Below are positions 36,554 to 44,638 of a DNA stretch of 64,000 nucleotides, piece after piece. Both the position numbers and the translations under genes were made by a program. Positions within the stretch are counted from its first letter, which is position 1. The number at the start of each line of letters is the position of its first letter. The notes under the pieces were generated by a model that was not told where the DNA came from, ran no database searches, and saw nothing but the letters and a program-made list of their open reading frames with translations. The DNA is from Pirellulales bacterium (GTDB lineage Bacteria; Planctomycetota; Planctomycetia; Pirellulales; UBA1268), in NCBI GenBank assembly GCA_040397545.1, contig JBBAVV010000002.1, forward strand, positions 1,632 to 65,631, written 5' to 3'.

Positions 36554-37357
36554 ATGGGAAGTGATCCACCCCATCCTTCCCAGGCGGACGGCTCGACCTT
36601 CCGCCCGTCGCTGGTACTGATCGACGGCCCGCAGACGGACGAGGTCGCAGGCTCCCCGACGCAGGTTGCAAACCGGCTGGAGATCATGACCGGCGCTATC
36701 CTCGGTCTGGCCGGCCCCGGCCAGAACTTCGCGGGGCTGTGCACGATCACCGTCATCAAGCCGCACGACCTCGCCGATCAACTCCTCGACCGCGACGCTC
36801 ACCCCGAGTGGCAGGGCAAACGCACGCGGCTTGTCTACCAGTGGCCTGACCGGGAAGACCTTTTGGCGCAGTACGCCGAGCTTCGCCGGGACGGGCTGCG
36901 AAGCGGAGTCGCGATCGACATCCAAGAGCGGTTGCTCTTCTGGTCGGTCGCATCGTGGGGCGGAGGCTACAGCGGGCATCTCCTGGCCTACGGCACGCAC
37001 CCCGAGCAGCCCGGCGCCAACTTCACCGCCGCCAGCGCCAAGCGAACGCTTGCCGATGTCCACCCCGGCGGCTTCACCTTCCACCAGGCGGAGCACCACA
37101 TGCTCCTCGACCACCTCACCTCCGAGCAGCCGATCGCCGTCAGCGCCCGTGGCCGGACCGTCGACGAGTGAAAGCTCCCCCCCGTCCGGGGAAATCACCT
37201 CTTCGACTGCTGTGTGATGGCGACCGTCGCGGCGAGCGCCGCCGGGATCACCGCCGTCGGGGCGGAGCCGTCGCCGGAGCGGCAGCGGAAGCGAGTGGAG
37301 ATCCCGAAGGCGGGGGCGCCGCGGCAAAAGATTTCGACGAAGCGCGGGAAATGGTGA
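36554..37357 (+). pseudogene. GpA-type phage terminase large-subunit remnant, copy C (in-frame stop, internal deletions)
   Basis: VAIDIQERLLFWSVASWGGGYSGHLLAYG.. and TFHQAEHHMLLDHLTSEQP..GRTVDE*KLPPVRGNHLFDCCVMATVAASAAG. TGA at 37169-37171 interrupts the frame. Confidence 0.65.
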
Positions 37358-37554
37358 AGGCCAGTGGATCGCTTCTGGTCATACCATACATGAACGTGCA
37401 TAAGACGCTTCTGCATTTGTAAAATGCTCGTATGCGAAAATAATCCGAGCCGCATTGCCGGGCAAGGAGTCCAGACGCATTCAGCCGCAAGTTGACATGG
37501 CCAGGGAAATCTGATCTAGCTGGTTTGTCGAGGGCGTGAAGCGGGGGAAGCGAT

Positions 37555-37761
37555 TTGATCCCCGAGCAGACGCCAGAGGCACCTGACCTCGGAAGACGAG
37601 TTGCCATCGAGTCGCTTGCGAAGCGGTGGCGAAGCGTAGGCCGATCCACGCTGAACGATTCAGTCGTCAAAGCGTGTCGATTCGCCAGTCGCGCCGAAAG
37701 CGTTTTTCGGCCGCTCGTCGTGGACGGACTTTGGTCCGTGTCTTACTTTCCGAAGGGATCA
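37555..37761 (+). repeat. ~200-bp repeat upstream of cargo gene, copy 2
   Basis: See 34094-34300. Here it is followed by a 16-codon stub (ATG 37806) and then the low-GC PEP-CTERM gene. Confidence 0.75.
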
Positions 37762-37950
37762 ACCGCACGGCATTTTCCCACCGGCGAACTCTTGCGGACC
37801 CATTCATGAATGCAACCCCAGAGCGTCCATCAAAACAATGCATTATCAATAGATGAGGGCCCAGGCGTTATGAAGAAAGCACTAGATCCAGGCTAGCAGT
37901 GCATAGTCAATCCGACAACGACTTAAGTGATCCCTGCCTCGGAAGAATTA

Positions 37951-38742
37951 ATGAAGACCAGAAGCCTACTGATCGCTATCGTTCTGTCAGGCAACGCCCT
38001 GCTTCCTAGTCATGCGAACAGCGAACCGTTGTACAATATCGATGGACTAGTCGTTAAATCAACGGACTACAACAAAGATGACATTCCTGTTTTTCTTAAA
38101 ATGCTGAGCGCCTTAACGGGCGGGGCCTATTCCATCGACGAAAAAACTGGCCAAGTGGCGATCACGGATGGTCATGCAGGAACAGGTAAGAGCGCCGATC
38201 GTATCAATACAATATTGGCAGACAAGACCCATACCACAACAATCTGGCTCGCACTGCCCGGACTGTTTGACAAGACAACGATTGGCCGATGGAGGGGCGG
38301 CGGAACCCAAAGCATCGATGTGCGTGATGTCGGGAAGTTCCCGACTGATGCGACAAAAGGGATTGACACCCAATCTAGTATTTTGATTCATGAGATCTAT
38401 GAAGCTTATCAAGGTGCGCTCGGAGCAACATCCGATGCGGCACACATTGACGGCGTCTCGGCCGGAAATGAGGAATTGAAGGAGAAGGGCGGAACTACAT
38501 ACGGGCAACGCTACGATTTATTGAACGGCAATGAAGGCCCTGACTATTTTGATGTGCCGTTTATCACTCCGTCGAAACCGGGCTCGGCCCCATACTACGA
38601 GAGAATATGGTTTATCGACTACGACGTGACTAAGGTTGAGGTTGCCCTCAAACCAATCCCCGAGCCCTCCACATACGCCATGGCCTTGACCGCCCTGGCC
38701 TGCGGTGGTTGGCAGATGTTCCGGCGTCGCCGATCGCGCTGA
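37951..38742 (+). CDS. secreted protein with PEP-CTERM anchor (low-GC cargo C)
   Basis: Signal MKTRSLLIAIVLSGNALLPSHA. C-terminal IPEPSTYAMALTALACGGWQMFRRRRSR. GC well below the flanks. Confidence 0.75.
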   Translation: MKTRSLLIAIVLSGNALLPSHANSEPLYNIDGLVVKSTDYNKDDIPVFLKMLSALTGGAYSIDEKTGQVAITDGHAGTGKSADRINTILADKTHTTTIWLALPGLFDKTTIGRWRGGGTQSIDVRDVGKFPTDATKGIDTQSSILIHEIYEAYQGALGATSDAAHIDGVSAGNEELKEKGGTTYGQRYDLLNGNEGPDYFDVPFITPSKPGSAPYYERIWFIDYDVTKVEVALKPIPEPSTYAMALTALACGGWQMFRRRRSR

Positions 38743-38780
38743 CCGCCGCCTGAACCCTCGACGACCAGTCTGATTCACAA

Positions 38781-38820
38781 CCGGGCCTGGCATCGCAAGG
38801 TGCTGGTCCGGTGTTTTTTG
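38781..38820 (+). terminator. rho-independent terminator (diverged copy of 30446-30486)
   Basis: Imperfect stem CCGGGCCTGGCA / TGCTGGTCCGG with the same CATCGCAAGG loop region, followed by TGTTTTTTG. Confidence 0.65.
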
Positions 38821-38945
38821 TGGGGATAGGGTCGTGCCCGTCGAAGACCGCCGCGACACTCACGGCCCCTAAATCGGGAATTGTCCCGATTCCTCTTTGC
38901 CACACCCCGTACGGCATTTGTGATCGTCCATGCACATTGAGTTGC

Positions 38946-39179
38946 ATGGACACACCGCATGCCGTTTCCCGAGCCCGTGCCGCCGAAATGATCGGCCGCA
39001 AGCCCGCCACCCTCCGAGCATGGGCCGCACAGAATCCCCAGCGCGGCCCCCGCCCCACGAAGACCGGGACGGCCCGGCAGGCCCGCACGCTCTACCCCGT
39101 GGACGAGATCCGCGAGTGGCTCGCCGATCCCGTGGCCTACGAAGCCCAACGGGGGCCGCCAAATGTCCCCCGTGGCTGA
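38946..39179 (+). CDS. AlpA/excisionase-family HTH protein, copy C (intact)
   Basis: MDTPHAVSRARAAEMIGRKPATLRAWAAQNPQRGPRPTKTGTARQARTLYPVDEIREWLADP. 77 aa. Overlaps the next gene by 17 nt. Confidence 0.7.
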   Translation: MDTPHAVSRARAAEMIGRKPATLRAWAAQNPQRGPRPTKTGTARQARTLYPVDEIREWLADPVAYEAQRGPPNVPRG

Positions 39180-40065
39180 CATCACCACCGATGAGGCCCT
39201 CGCCGTCGCCGTCGCAATCAAGCAGGCCCGCATGGCAAGCATGAATCCCTTCGCCGTCCGTCGGGCCGAGCGGTTGCTCTTCGAAGCTCCGGGGCGCAAG
39301 GCATACCGCCACAAGCTCGCCCGCACCGAGGCAGACGACGTTCAAGAGCTTCTCGACCGCCACGGCCGCGGAATCGTCGCCGGCGCCGCCGAGATGCTGC
39401 GAACCGTCGATCCGATCGCCCTCGAGTCCGCCCCAATTCATGTCGTCAGCTTCGAGGCTCTGGGAATCCGCAACAACATCCTGGCCGGCTTCATCCTCGC
39501 CCGCGGGAGCTTCTCGACCTTCTGTTCCCGGCTCCCGCCGGCCGCCCGGCCCGGTCCGGTCGTCGCGATCAACCTTCGGGGGATCGTCGCCGGGGCCGTT
39601 CGAGAGATGCCGGCCGACGCGACCGAAGAGGAGATCATCGCCGACGCTGCCCAACTCGTGCGCCTTGTCGCTCTCCACGAGTACGCGCACGTCGTCGAAT
39701 CGGCCGCCGCGGGCCAGCCGTTCGACGCCCCTCGTATCGGCACCAGCGCCGAGCGGCTGAAGGCCGTCGCCCTCGCGATCGCCAGCCCGCCGCCGATGGC
39801 GGTCACCATCGCCAACCACCCCGCCCCCTGGGTCCGGGCGCTGTTCCACGCATGGCAACGGAGCCCGGAGCGTAAGGCTCAACGCTGGCTCTGGAACCAG
39901 ATCGGGAGCTACTTCAGCGGCGAGCCCGGCCACCTGGTCGAAGCCCTCCGCGACGACCCAAGCGACGGGCGCGAGCCGATCGTCGACATCCTGCGGCGAC
40001 CGGCCCCAGACCGATTCACGACCTTGACGACCGAGAGATTCAAAGCATTGGAGGCCCAAGCATGA
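39163..40065 (+). CDS. hypothetical protein with HExxH motif (putative metallopeptidase)
   Basis: 300 aa. LVRLVALHEYAHVVESAAAG contains HEYAH. Lies immediately downstream of and overlapping the HTH gene. Confidence 0.65.
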   Translation: MSPVADITTDEALAVAVAIKQARMASMNPFAVRRAERLLFEAPGRKAYRHKLARTEADDVQELLDRHGRGIVAGAAEMLRTVDPIALESAPIHVVSFEALGIRNNILAGFILARGSFSTFCSRLPPAARPGPVVAINLRGIVAGAVREMPADATEEEIIADAAQLVRLVALHEYAHVVESAAAGQPFDAPRIGTSAERLKAVALAIASPPPMAVTIANHPAPWVRALFHAWQRSPERKAQRWLWNQIGSYFSGEPGHLVEALRDDPSDGREPIVDILRRPAPDRFTTLTTERFKALEAQA

Positions 40066-40841
40066 CGAGCACGATTGAAGCCCTTCGAGGGCGCGAGCAG
40101 AAGGCGGAGCGTGAAGCTCTGGAGCAGATCGCAGTAGCAGCCCGGACCGTCGCGGCCGGCGGGACAACCGACCTGGAAACGGTGAGCACCGCGCTTGCCA
40201 CGCTGGGAAAGTCATCCACCGACTTCGAGGCCGCCGTCGCTCTGGCTCGTCAGCGGGCGGAGTGGCTGGCTCTGGTCGAAAAGCTCCCCAGCGTCAAAAG
40301 CAATCTCGGGAAGGTCGAAACTGCCCTACAGATCGAGGGGGAGAAGTTCCTCGCCGCGCAGACCACCTACGCGGAGAAGGCGACCGTTCTCCGCTTCGAG
40401 CTCGACGAGGCCAACGCAGCCATCCGTGACGGCACCACCGCCCGCGAGCGGCTCCTCGATCCAAAGAATGTCCCAGGCGCGATCGCGGCGGAGTATGCGG
40501 AGGCCGTCGCCCAGGCTCGTGCCGCGGAATCTGCACGCCACAGGGCCGAGACTCAACTCGGCGAGATCGCCGGCAAGCTGTCGTCGGCAGCCGACTGGGT
40601 CAAGCGCATCAGCGGCCAGGAGGTGGAGGAGATCGACCCGAGCACCTGGAAAGCTCCCGAGGGCTCGCCCGACTGGCAGCGCGACGGCCACCACGGAGAG
40701 CTTGAATCCAAGCTCAAGAAGTGGCGTGAGATCGGCCGGGAGCGCGACGCAATCCGCGCCGCCCTCGCCACGGCCACCAAGGATTTCGCCACCTGGAAGA
40801 AGAAGCGCGACGGAATGGCTTCAGGAGTTCTCAAGTCATGA
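40062..40841 (+). CDS. coiled-coil hypothetical protein
   Basis: 259 aa, heptad-like and Ala/Glu/Lys/Arg-rich. ATGA start/stop overlap with both neighbours. Confidence 0.6.
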   Translation: MTSTIEALRGREQKAEREALEQIAVAARTVAAGGTTDLETVSTALATLGKSSTDFEAAVALARQRAEWLALVEKLPSVKSNLGKVETALQIEGEKFLAAQTTYAEKATVLRFELDEANAAIRDGTTARERLLDPKNVPGAIAAEYAEAVAQARAAESARHRAETQLGEIAGKLSSAADWVKRISGQEVEEIDPSTWKAPEGSPDWQRDGHHGELESKLKKWREIGRERDAIRAALATATKDFATWKKKRDGMASGVLKS

Positions 40842-41149
40842 GCACCGACCCGGCCGTTCAGGCCAAGTCAGACGCGACCCTCGCCGTGTTCGACATCCTC
40901 GCCGAGCGGGGCGCCCGCTCCGGCAAGGGATTCATGCGGACCGCCTTCACCCCGCAGGGGCGGCGGAAGGCGATCGCCGACGCGCTCGCCCCGTTCGTGC
41001 CGGCGGGGACCACCCGCGACAACGTCGAAGCGGTTTCCCAGGCGCTCGCCCGTCGGCTCCTCTCCGATCCGAACGTACGAGCGCAGATCGAGACGCGGGC
41101 AGCAACGCTGCCGGGAATCAGATCAACGAACGTGCCCCCGGGGAGGTAG
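40838..41149 (+). CDS. hypothetical protein (103 aa)
   Basis: 4-nt overlap with the upstream gene. Same strand in a compact operon. Confidence 0.5.
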   Translation: MSTDPAVQAKSDATLAVFDILAERGARSGKGFMRTAFTPQGRRKAIADALAPFVPAGTTRDNVEAVSQALARRLLSDPNVRAQIETRAATLPGIRSTNVPPGR

Positions 41150-41278
41150 CCCCCCGGTGGCAACGCGCCGCGGGCTCGCCGGGGATGGAGACTCCACCGG
41201 CGACCCGCGGGCAGCGGCGGCGGACACCCTCCGAGACAGCCCGCCCTCTCGGCATGATGCACCTCCAAGGAGGAAATC

Positions 41279-41545
41279 ATGCCAATCACGACTTCAATGG
41301 TGGCGACGGTTCGTTTAGGGGACGGCGCCACGCTCGCCGCATGGTGGGATGGCGGCCGCCACATCGGCATCCACATGGACTGCGGCCACGGCCCCGAGCC
41401 GGTCGACCGGTGGGACGTGTGGAATCCCGTTTGGAACTGCCCGCTGATCGAGCCGACGCGGGATTCCTTCGAGCGGTTCCTCCGGGGCCGGCTGGCGGAA
41501 CCGAGGATGCTCGCCGACCTGGTCGCCGCGGGAGGTGAGCGTTGA
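41279..41545 (+). CDS. hypothetical protein (88 aa)
   Basis: AGGAGGAAATC lies just upstream of the ATG. 4-nt overlap with the downstream ParB-like gene. Confidence 0.55.
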   Translation: MPITTSMVATVRLGDGATLAAWWDGGRHIGIHMDCGHGPEPVDRWDVWNPVWNCPLIEPTRDSFERFLRGRLAEPRMLADLVAAGGER

Positions 41546-42018
41546 GCAAAACCCGCGACGAACTGACGGAGACGAAGCTTATCTCGATCGACCTGATCGA
41601 GCGCGAGCCGCTGATCGAGGCGCGGATCGAGCCGGTCGACCGCCACATCGTTCAGGCGATTGTGTGGTCGATCCGCAACGGCATTTCCCCGCCGCCGATC
41701 CTGGTCTACGCCGTCGGTCCGAGGCGCGGGAAGCGGTTCCTCCTGGTCGATGGTCGCAACCGGATCGCCGCCACCCGCTCCATCGGCGAGAAGGAGATCA
41801 TGGCGGAGATCGTCGACGGGACGCTCGAACAGGCCGCATGGGCCGCCGCGGGCGTCAACGGCCGCCCGCAGCAGACCCGGAGCCCCGCGGAGGTGTGGCT
41901 GGCTGTGGAAATGGCAATCCGAGCCGCGCCCCGATCGGAAGACAAGCGAATCGCCGAGCATTGCCAATGTCCGCGGGCCACGGTTCGCGACGTTCGCCAG
42001 GCGCTCGCGGTACGATGA
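41542..42018 (+). CDS. ParB-like nuclease domain protein
   Basis: LISIDLIEREPLIEARIEPVD..IVQAIVWSIRNGISPPPILVY....FLLVDGRNRIAATRSIGEKEIMAEIVDG fits the ParB/Srx N-terminal fold. Confidence 0.7.
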   Translation: MSKTRDELTETKLISIDLIEREPLIEARIEPVDRHIVQAIVWSIRNGISPPPILVYAVGPRRGKRFLLVDGRNRIAATRSIGEKEIMAEIVDGTLEQAAWAAAGVNGRPQQTRSPAEVWLAVEMAIRAAPRSEDKRIAEHCQCPRATVRDVRQALAVR

Positions 42019-42322
42019 CCGCATGACCAACCCCGCCCTCCTCGCCGTTGCCCTGGTACTCGCTGAGCATCTCGACGGTGACGCCGAGAGTTGCTGACTG
42101 ACGCTCATCCCCGAACGCCCCGTGCCAATCAAGAAGGCCGCGACCGTCTGCTAAGAGTGCCCGCGCAACATCCGGGGAACGTTCTCGTGCGTGCACGGGT
42201 GACGGACTCGCGCAAAGCGCACAAACTGGCTCGTCCCGACCTGTCACCGAAAGTGACGTTTGCATCGACCCGCGCATGCTGTTCCGGTTCGCGGGCTGCG
42301 GAGATTTCGCGACCGAACCTAC

Positions 42323-42751
42323 TTATTCTTGGACCTTAACGCTGCCCTTTTCGAAAGGCGGTTTTTGCTGTAGCCGCCGCATCCGAGCTAATGCTGCACG
42401 ATTGAAACGGAAGAACCGATCACGAGAAGGAGAACCGCCCTGAGGAATGGCCATTACCTTGACCAATCTATCACCGACGAGAAGCAAAACGTCTCCAGCT
42501 TCAGAGATAGTTACTATCGATGACTTGCCTTCAGCCGTCAGCGAAGTCACAGAACCGCCGGACTCCGGCCGACTCTCGCCAGGGGGCAATGATCTGCCGG
42601 AGATCGGCGTCGAAAGCCTTGTCGAACATGAAGGAACATATTCGCCGCGCCCCGCTCTAAGCCGTGCCGAGATGAGATTCTGAATGTCTTGACTGATCTT
42701 GGGGCCGATGAAAATCGAACCGGGCAAAGAGTCGCCGGTTTTGGCGGGCAT
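42323..42751 (-). CDS. hypothetical protein (142 aa), weakly supported
   Basis: Co-directional ORF 55 nt downstream of the TM-GAF-like gene inside the low-GC island. No family signal. A competing plus-strand ORF (42447-42683) exists. Confidence 0.3.
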   Translation of the reverse strand: MPAKTGDSLPGSIFIGPKISQDIQNLISARLRAGRGEYVPSCSTRLSTPISGRSLPPGESRPESGGSVTSLTAEGKSSIVTISEAGDVLLLVGDRLVKVMAIPQGGSPSRDRFFRFNRAALARMRRLQQKPPFEKGSVKVQE

Positions 42752-42805
42752 GATGCACCTCGGGGCTCACTTGAGGAATGTGGGGGGTGAAACTGCGCGG
42801 CGGAC

Positions 42806-43615
42806 CTAAGTTCTGGCAAGGCTGGAAGCAAACGAAGTCGCACAAATCGCAACCGTATCGACTGCGGATTGGGAGAAGTAGTTCTCGTCCGAAGATTCAA
42901 AGTAAAGCACAGCGCAAGGGTTGTCTGCTGGATTGTCCCCGTCTTGGATCGCCAAGGCAAGAAAACTCCTTGCCGATGGATTCACGCGACGCAGGACATC
43001 TGGCGGCATGCTGTAGTTTTGAGTCAACACGCGGTGCCATTCGCTGGATGGGGTCGTCACTGAATTCGTGACCAGTACCGGACTTTGAGGATTCCGAAAC
43101 GCCGCACCTACAACACCAACGCTGAACGGTATTCTTTGCCCGAAACAGTCGTCCTCGACACGCCCATGGTACTTGTGGCCAACGTAGTCTGTTACCTGCT
43201 CGAGAACCGTTTGGCCTTTATGCTGAACGGGCTTGTAGACGCACCCGCATAGCTCAGGATCTTGAGAGTCCGGCAAGCCCACGCGTACCAAAGCATCGAT
43301 GGTGAAAATCAAGCCCGCCTCGTTGGCCATTTTCCATCCTCGGTGCAGTCCGATCACCTCATGGCTCAGAGTGGTGAACTTCAGCCAGCCTAGAATAATG
43401 GTAATGACGCACGTTGTGACTATGCCCCAGAAACTAAGGGTCTCGTTCCATGGTTTCGGTGGACCACCGAACGGGTAATATCGAAACGCGGTGGCAAACG
43501 CGGCCAGCGAGGCACTCCACGTCAAAAGCGCCTCGTAGATGGATGGCCTTCTAAACCAATCGGACAAAGTCAAGGCGGCGGAAGCCTTAAAGCTCGTATC
43601 TGCCATCGACACCAT
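42806..43615 (-). CDS. membrane-anchored protein with C-terminal GAF-like domain (low-GC island)
   Basis: Two N-terminal TM helices (LLTWSASLAAFATAF, FWGIVTTCVITIILGWL). The C-terminus carries RIPFSVGVVGAAFRNPQSPVLV .. ARSFLALAI..NPCAVLYFESSDENYF, a GAF-like pattern. Confidence 0.65.
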   Translation of the reverse strand: MVSMADTSFKASAALTLSDWFRRPSIYEALLTWSASLAAFATAFRYYPFGGPPKPWNETLSFWGIVTTCVITIILGWLKFTTLSHEVIGLHRGWKMANEAGLIFTIDALVRVGLPDSQDPELCGCVYKPVQHKGQTVLEQVTDYVGHKYHGRVEDDCFGQRIPFSVGVVGAAFRNPQSPVLVTNSVTTPSSEWHRVLTQNYSMPPDVLRRVNPSARSFLALAIQDGDNPADNPCAVLYFESSDENYFSQSAVDTVAICATSFASSLART

Positions 43616-43884
43616 CCAAACAGCTTGTCGGAGTGTAACGTGATGACCTGCTTGGGGGGACAGGCGTGCCCCCTACGCCAAGAAGTCTATTGAAGATCCT
43701 CAGAATGTGCCAATAGAGGCGTCAAGTGCGTCCGATTCCGACGATTTCGGCCAATGGCCTAGAAATGTGGCCGGCGTCTGAAACCGCCGGTTCCGTAAAA
43801 TCGCGGGAGATTCGTGATTTTGCTTGATCGTCCACCCGTCGCGGCTTCTCGCTGATACCCAAATGATCCGCCCCTTCATCGTAG

Positions 43885-44379
43885 GCTCCTACTCTGTGTC
43901 ATAACCGCACAGGCCGTCGCCGCGCCACGGCCAAAGTCACGGGCACGGTCGTCAGCGTCAACGGCGCGGACACCGTAAACGCAAGGACCGACGACGGCCA
44001 GACGCTCAAGGTCCGGCTCCACGGCATCGCCGCCCCGGAGGCCGTGCAGGCCTTCGGCAACGTCTCAAAACAGGCCCTCGGCGATCTGATCGCCGGCAAG
44101 ACCGTGTCGGTGGAGGAGGTAGACCGCGACCGCTACGGGCGGGTGGTCGGGCGGGTGACGATCGGCGGGAAGCTGGTCAACGCCGAGCAGGTTCGTGCCG
44201 GGCTGGCATGGCAATACATCCAGTTCGACCGGCGAAACGAGTTCGGCGCCCTCGAGGACGACGCCCGCAGGCACCGCCGCGGGTTGTGGGCCGACGCCGC
44301 CCCGGTCGCCCCGTGGGAGTGGCGGAGGACGGAAAAGGACCGCAAGACGGCCCGGAACGCCGCTGGGGTGGGCCGGTAG
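43885..44379 (+). pseudogene. thermonuclease (staphylococcal-nuclease-like), 5'-truncated
   Basis: ..KVTGTVVSVNGADTVNARTDDGQTLKVRLHGIAAPE..QAFG..DRDRYGRVVGRV..GLAWQY..ARRHRRGLWA. The frame opens at a TAG at 43882-43884, exactly where the low-GC island ends. No signal peptide. The first usable start codon (GTG 44044) falls inside the domain. Confidence 0.65.
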
Positions 44380-44393
44380 GTGAGCGCTGCGGC

Positions 44394-44423
44394 CTGTCTA
44401 CACTGGCGACCAGTCTGTCTACA
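44394..44423 (+). repeat. pair of direct 9-mers CTGTCTACA (21-nt spacing) 15 nt after the nuclease stop
   Basis: Exact copies at 44394-44402 and 44415-44423. Inverted partners at 44600-44620. Confidence 0.7.
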
Positions 44424-44599
44424 TGGCCCTCCGATCCTGAACGCCAGCGATCTCCCTCCAGTCCGAGCGACACGAGCGCCGATTCCCACGACGGGGAAGG
44501 CTGGATATACTCCGCGTTCCCGCAGGTTTTTCGGCCGAAACGCGGCTGTTTCATGGTCCGGGTTAGCTCCCCAAACGGAGCGACCAAATCCGGTTTCGA

Positions 44600-44620
44600 T
44601 GTAGACAGCAATGTAGACAG
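44600..44620 (+). repeat. pair of 9-mers TGTAGACAG (inverted copies of CTGTCTACA) 19 nt upstream of the tRNA
   Basis: Exact copies at 44600-44608 and 44612-44620. Confidence 0.7.
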
Positions 44621-44638
44621 CCCGAAAAAAGCCTGTTT

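Larger units (their letters stand above)
29150..44379. mobile_element. mosaic of three tandem, differently decayed phage/satellite-like element copies with variable cargo
   Basis: Three copies each of a GpA-type terminase 3' region (29150-29420, 31652-32368, 36554-37357) and an AlpA-like HTH gene with conserved upstream box (30615, 33655, 38946). Two copies of a thermonuclease 3' end (35420-35532, 43885-44379). GC content is patchy. The array ends next to a tRNA-Ser-like gene. Confidence 0.6.

Noticed and set aside
40858-42132. 424-aa minus-strand ORF across the element operon
   Set aside because: It is antisense to four translationally coupled plus-strand genes, including the ParB-like gene.
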